From Dickeya dadantii NCPPB 898 (GTDB lineage Bacteria > Pseudomonadota > Gammaproteobacteria > Enterobacterales > Enterobacteriaceae), in assembly GCF_000406145.1 (NCBI RefSeq), contig NZ_CM001976.1, positions 3,804,955 to 3,836,954 on the forward strand: a DNA stretch of 32,000 nt. Direction: 5' to 3'. How positions within the stretch are numbered: position 1 is the first letter of the stretch; every line of letters begins with the position of its first letter. Of this stretch, positions 31,950 to 32,000 are shown piece after piece. The notes under the pieces were generated by a model. The model was not told where the DNA came from, made no database searches, and saw only the letters and a program-made list of their open reading frames with translations. The translations under genes and the position numbers were made by a program.

Positions 31950-32000
31950 GCGCCGCCTGTTCCATCAGAAAATCACGCAACACCATCGCATGATTCCGCT

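Noticed and set aside
31965-32000. Possible 3' end of a minus-strand gene at the right edge (...SGIMRWCCVIF stop at 31965-31967)
   Set aside because: Only 12 codons are visible, which is not enough to call a gene or a product.

Overview
The window is core chromosome of a GC-rich member of the Enterobacterales (order-level call from protein similarity and synteny; genus not determinable here). I recognise 26 protein genes, nearly all by similarity to remembered E. coli K-12 orthologs. Three K-12 gene blocks are fused here: ypeB-ligA; hldE-glnE-ygiF-ygiM-cca-uppP-folB-plsY; and, in inverted orientation, ppa-ytfP-tamB-tamA-msrA-ytfL-ytfK-cysQ-cpdB-ytfE...fklB-ytfB. Non-K-12 content is limited to two tandem FlxA-like genes at the left edge, one methyl-accepting chemotaxis gene at the plsY/ppa junction, and a DUF2502/YaaX-like gene where K-12 has cycA. 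I found no rRNA, tRNA, CRISPR array, IS element, integrase, toxin-antitoxin pair or defence-type gene cluster. I therefore do not see a novel multi-gene system. The unusual signal is all non-coding. At least five unrelated intergenic tandem-repeat arrays (13 to 22 bp units, 2 to 7 copies) sit against gene ends or promoters. There is an ERIC/IRU-type element with canonical ends but a non-canonical core. The msrA-ytfL spacer is structured and GC-rich. An intrinsic terminator sits 27 nt before the uppP start codon. Mutually exclusive hairpins lie upstream of cca. Two sigma-28-type promoters and an NsrR operator are readable directly. Long ORFs antisense to the real genes are treated as GC-driven shadow ORFs.
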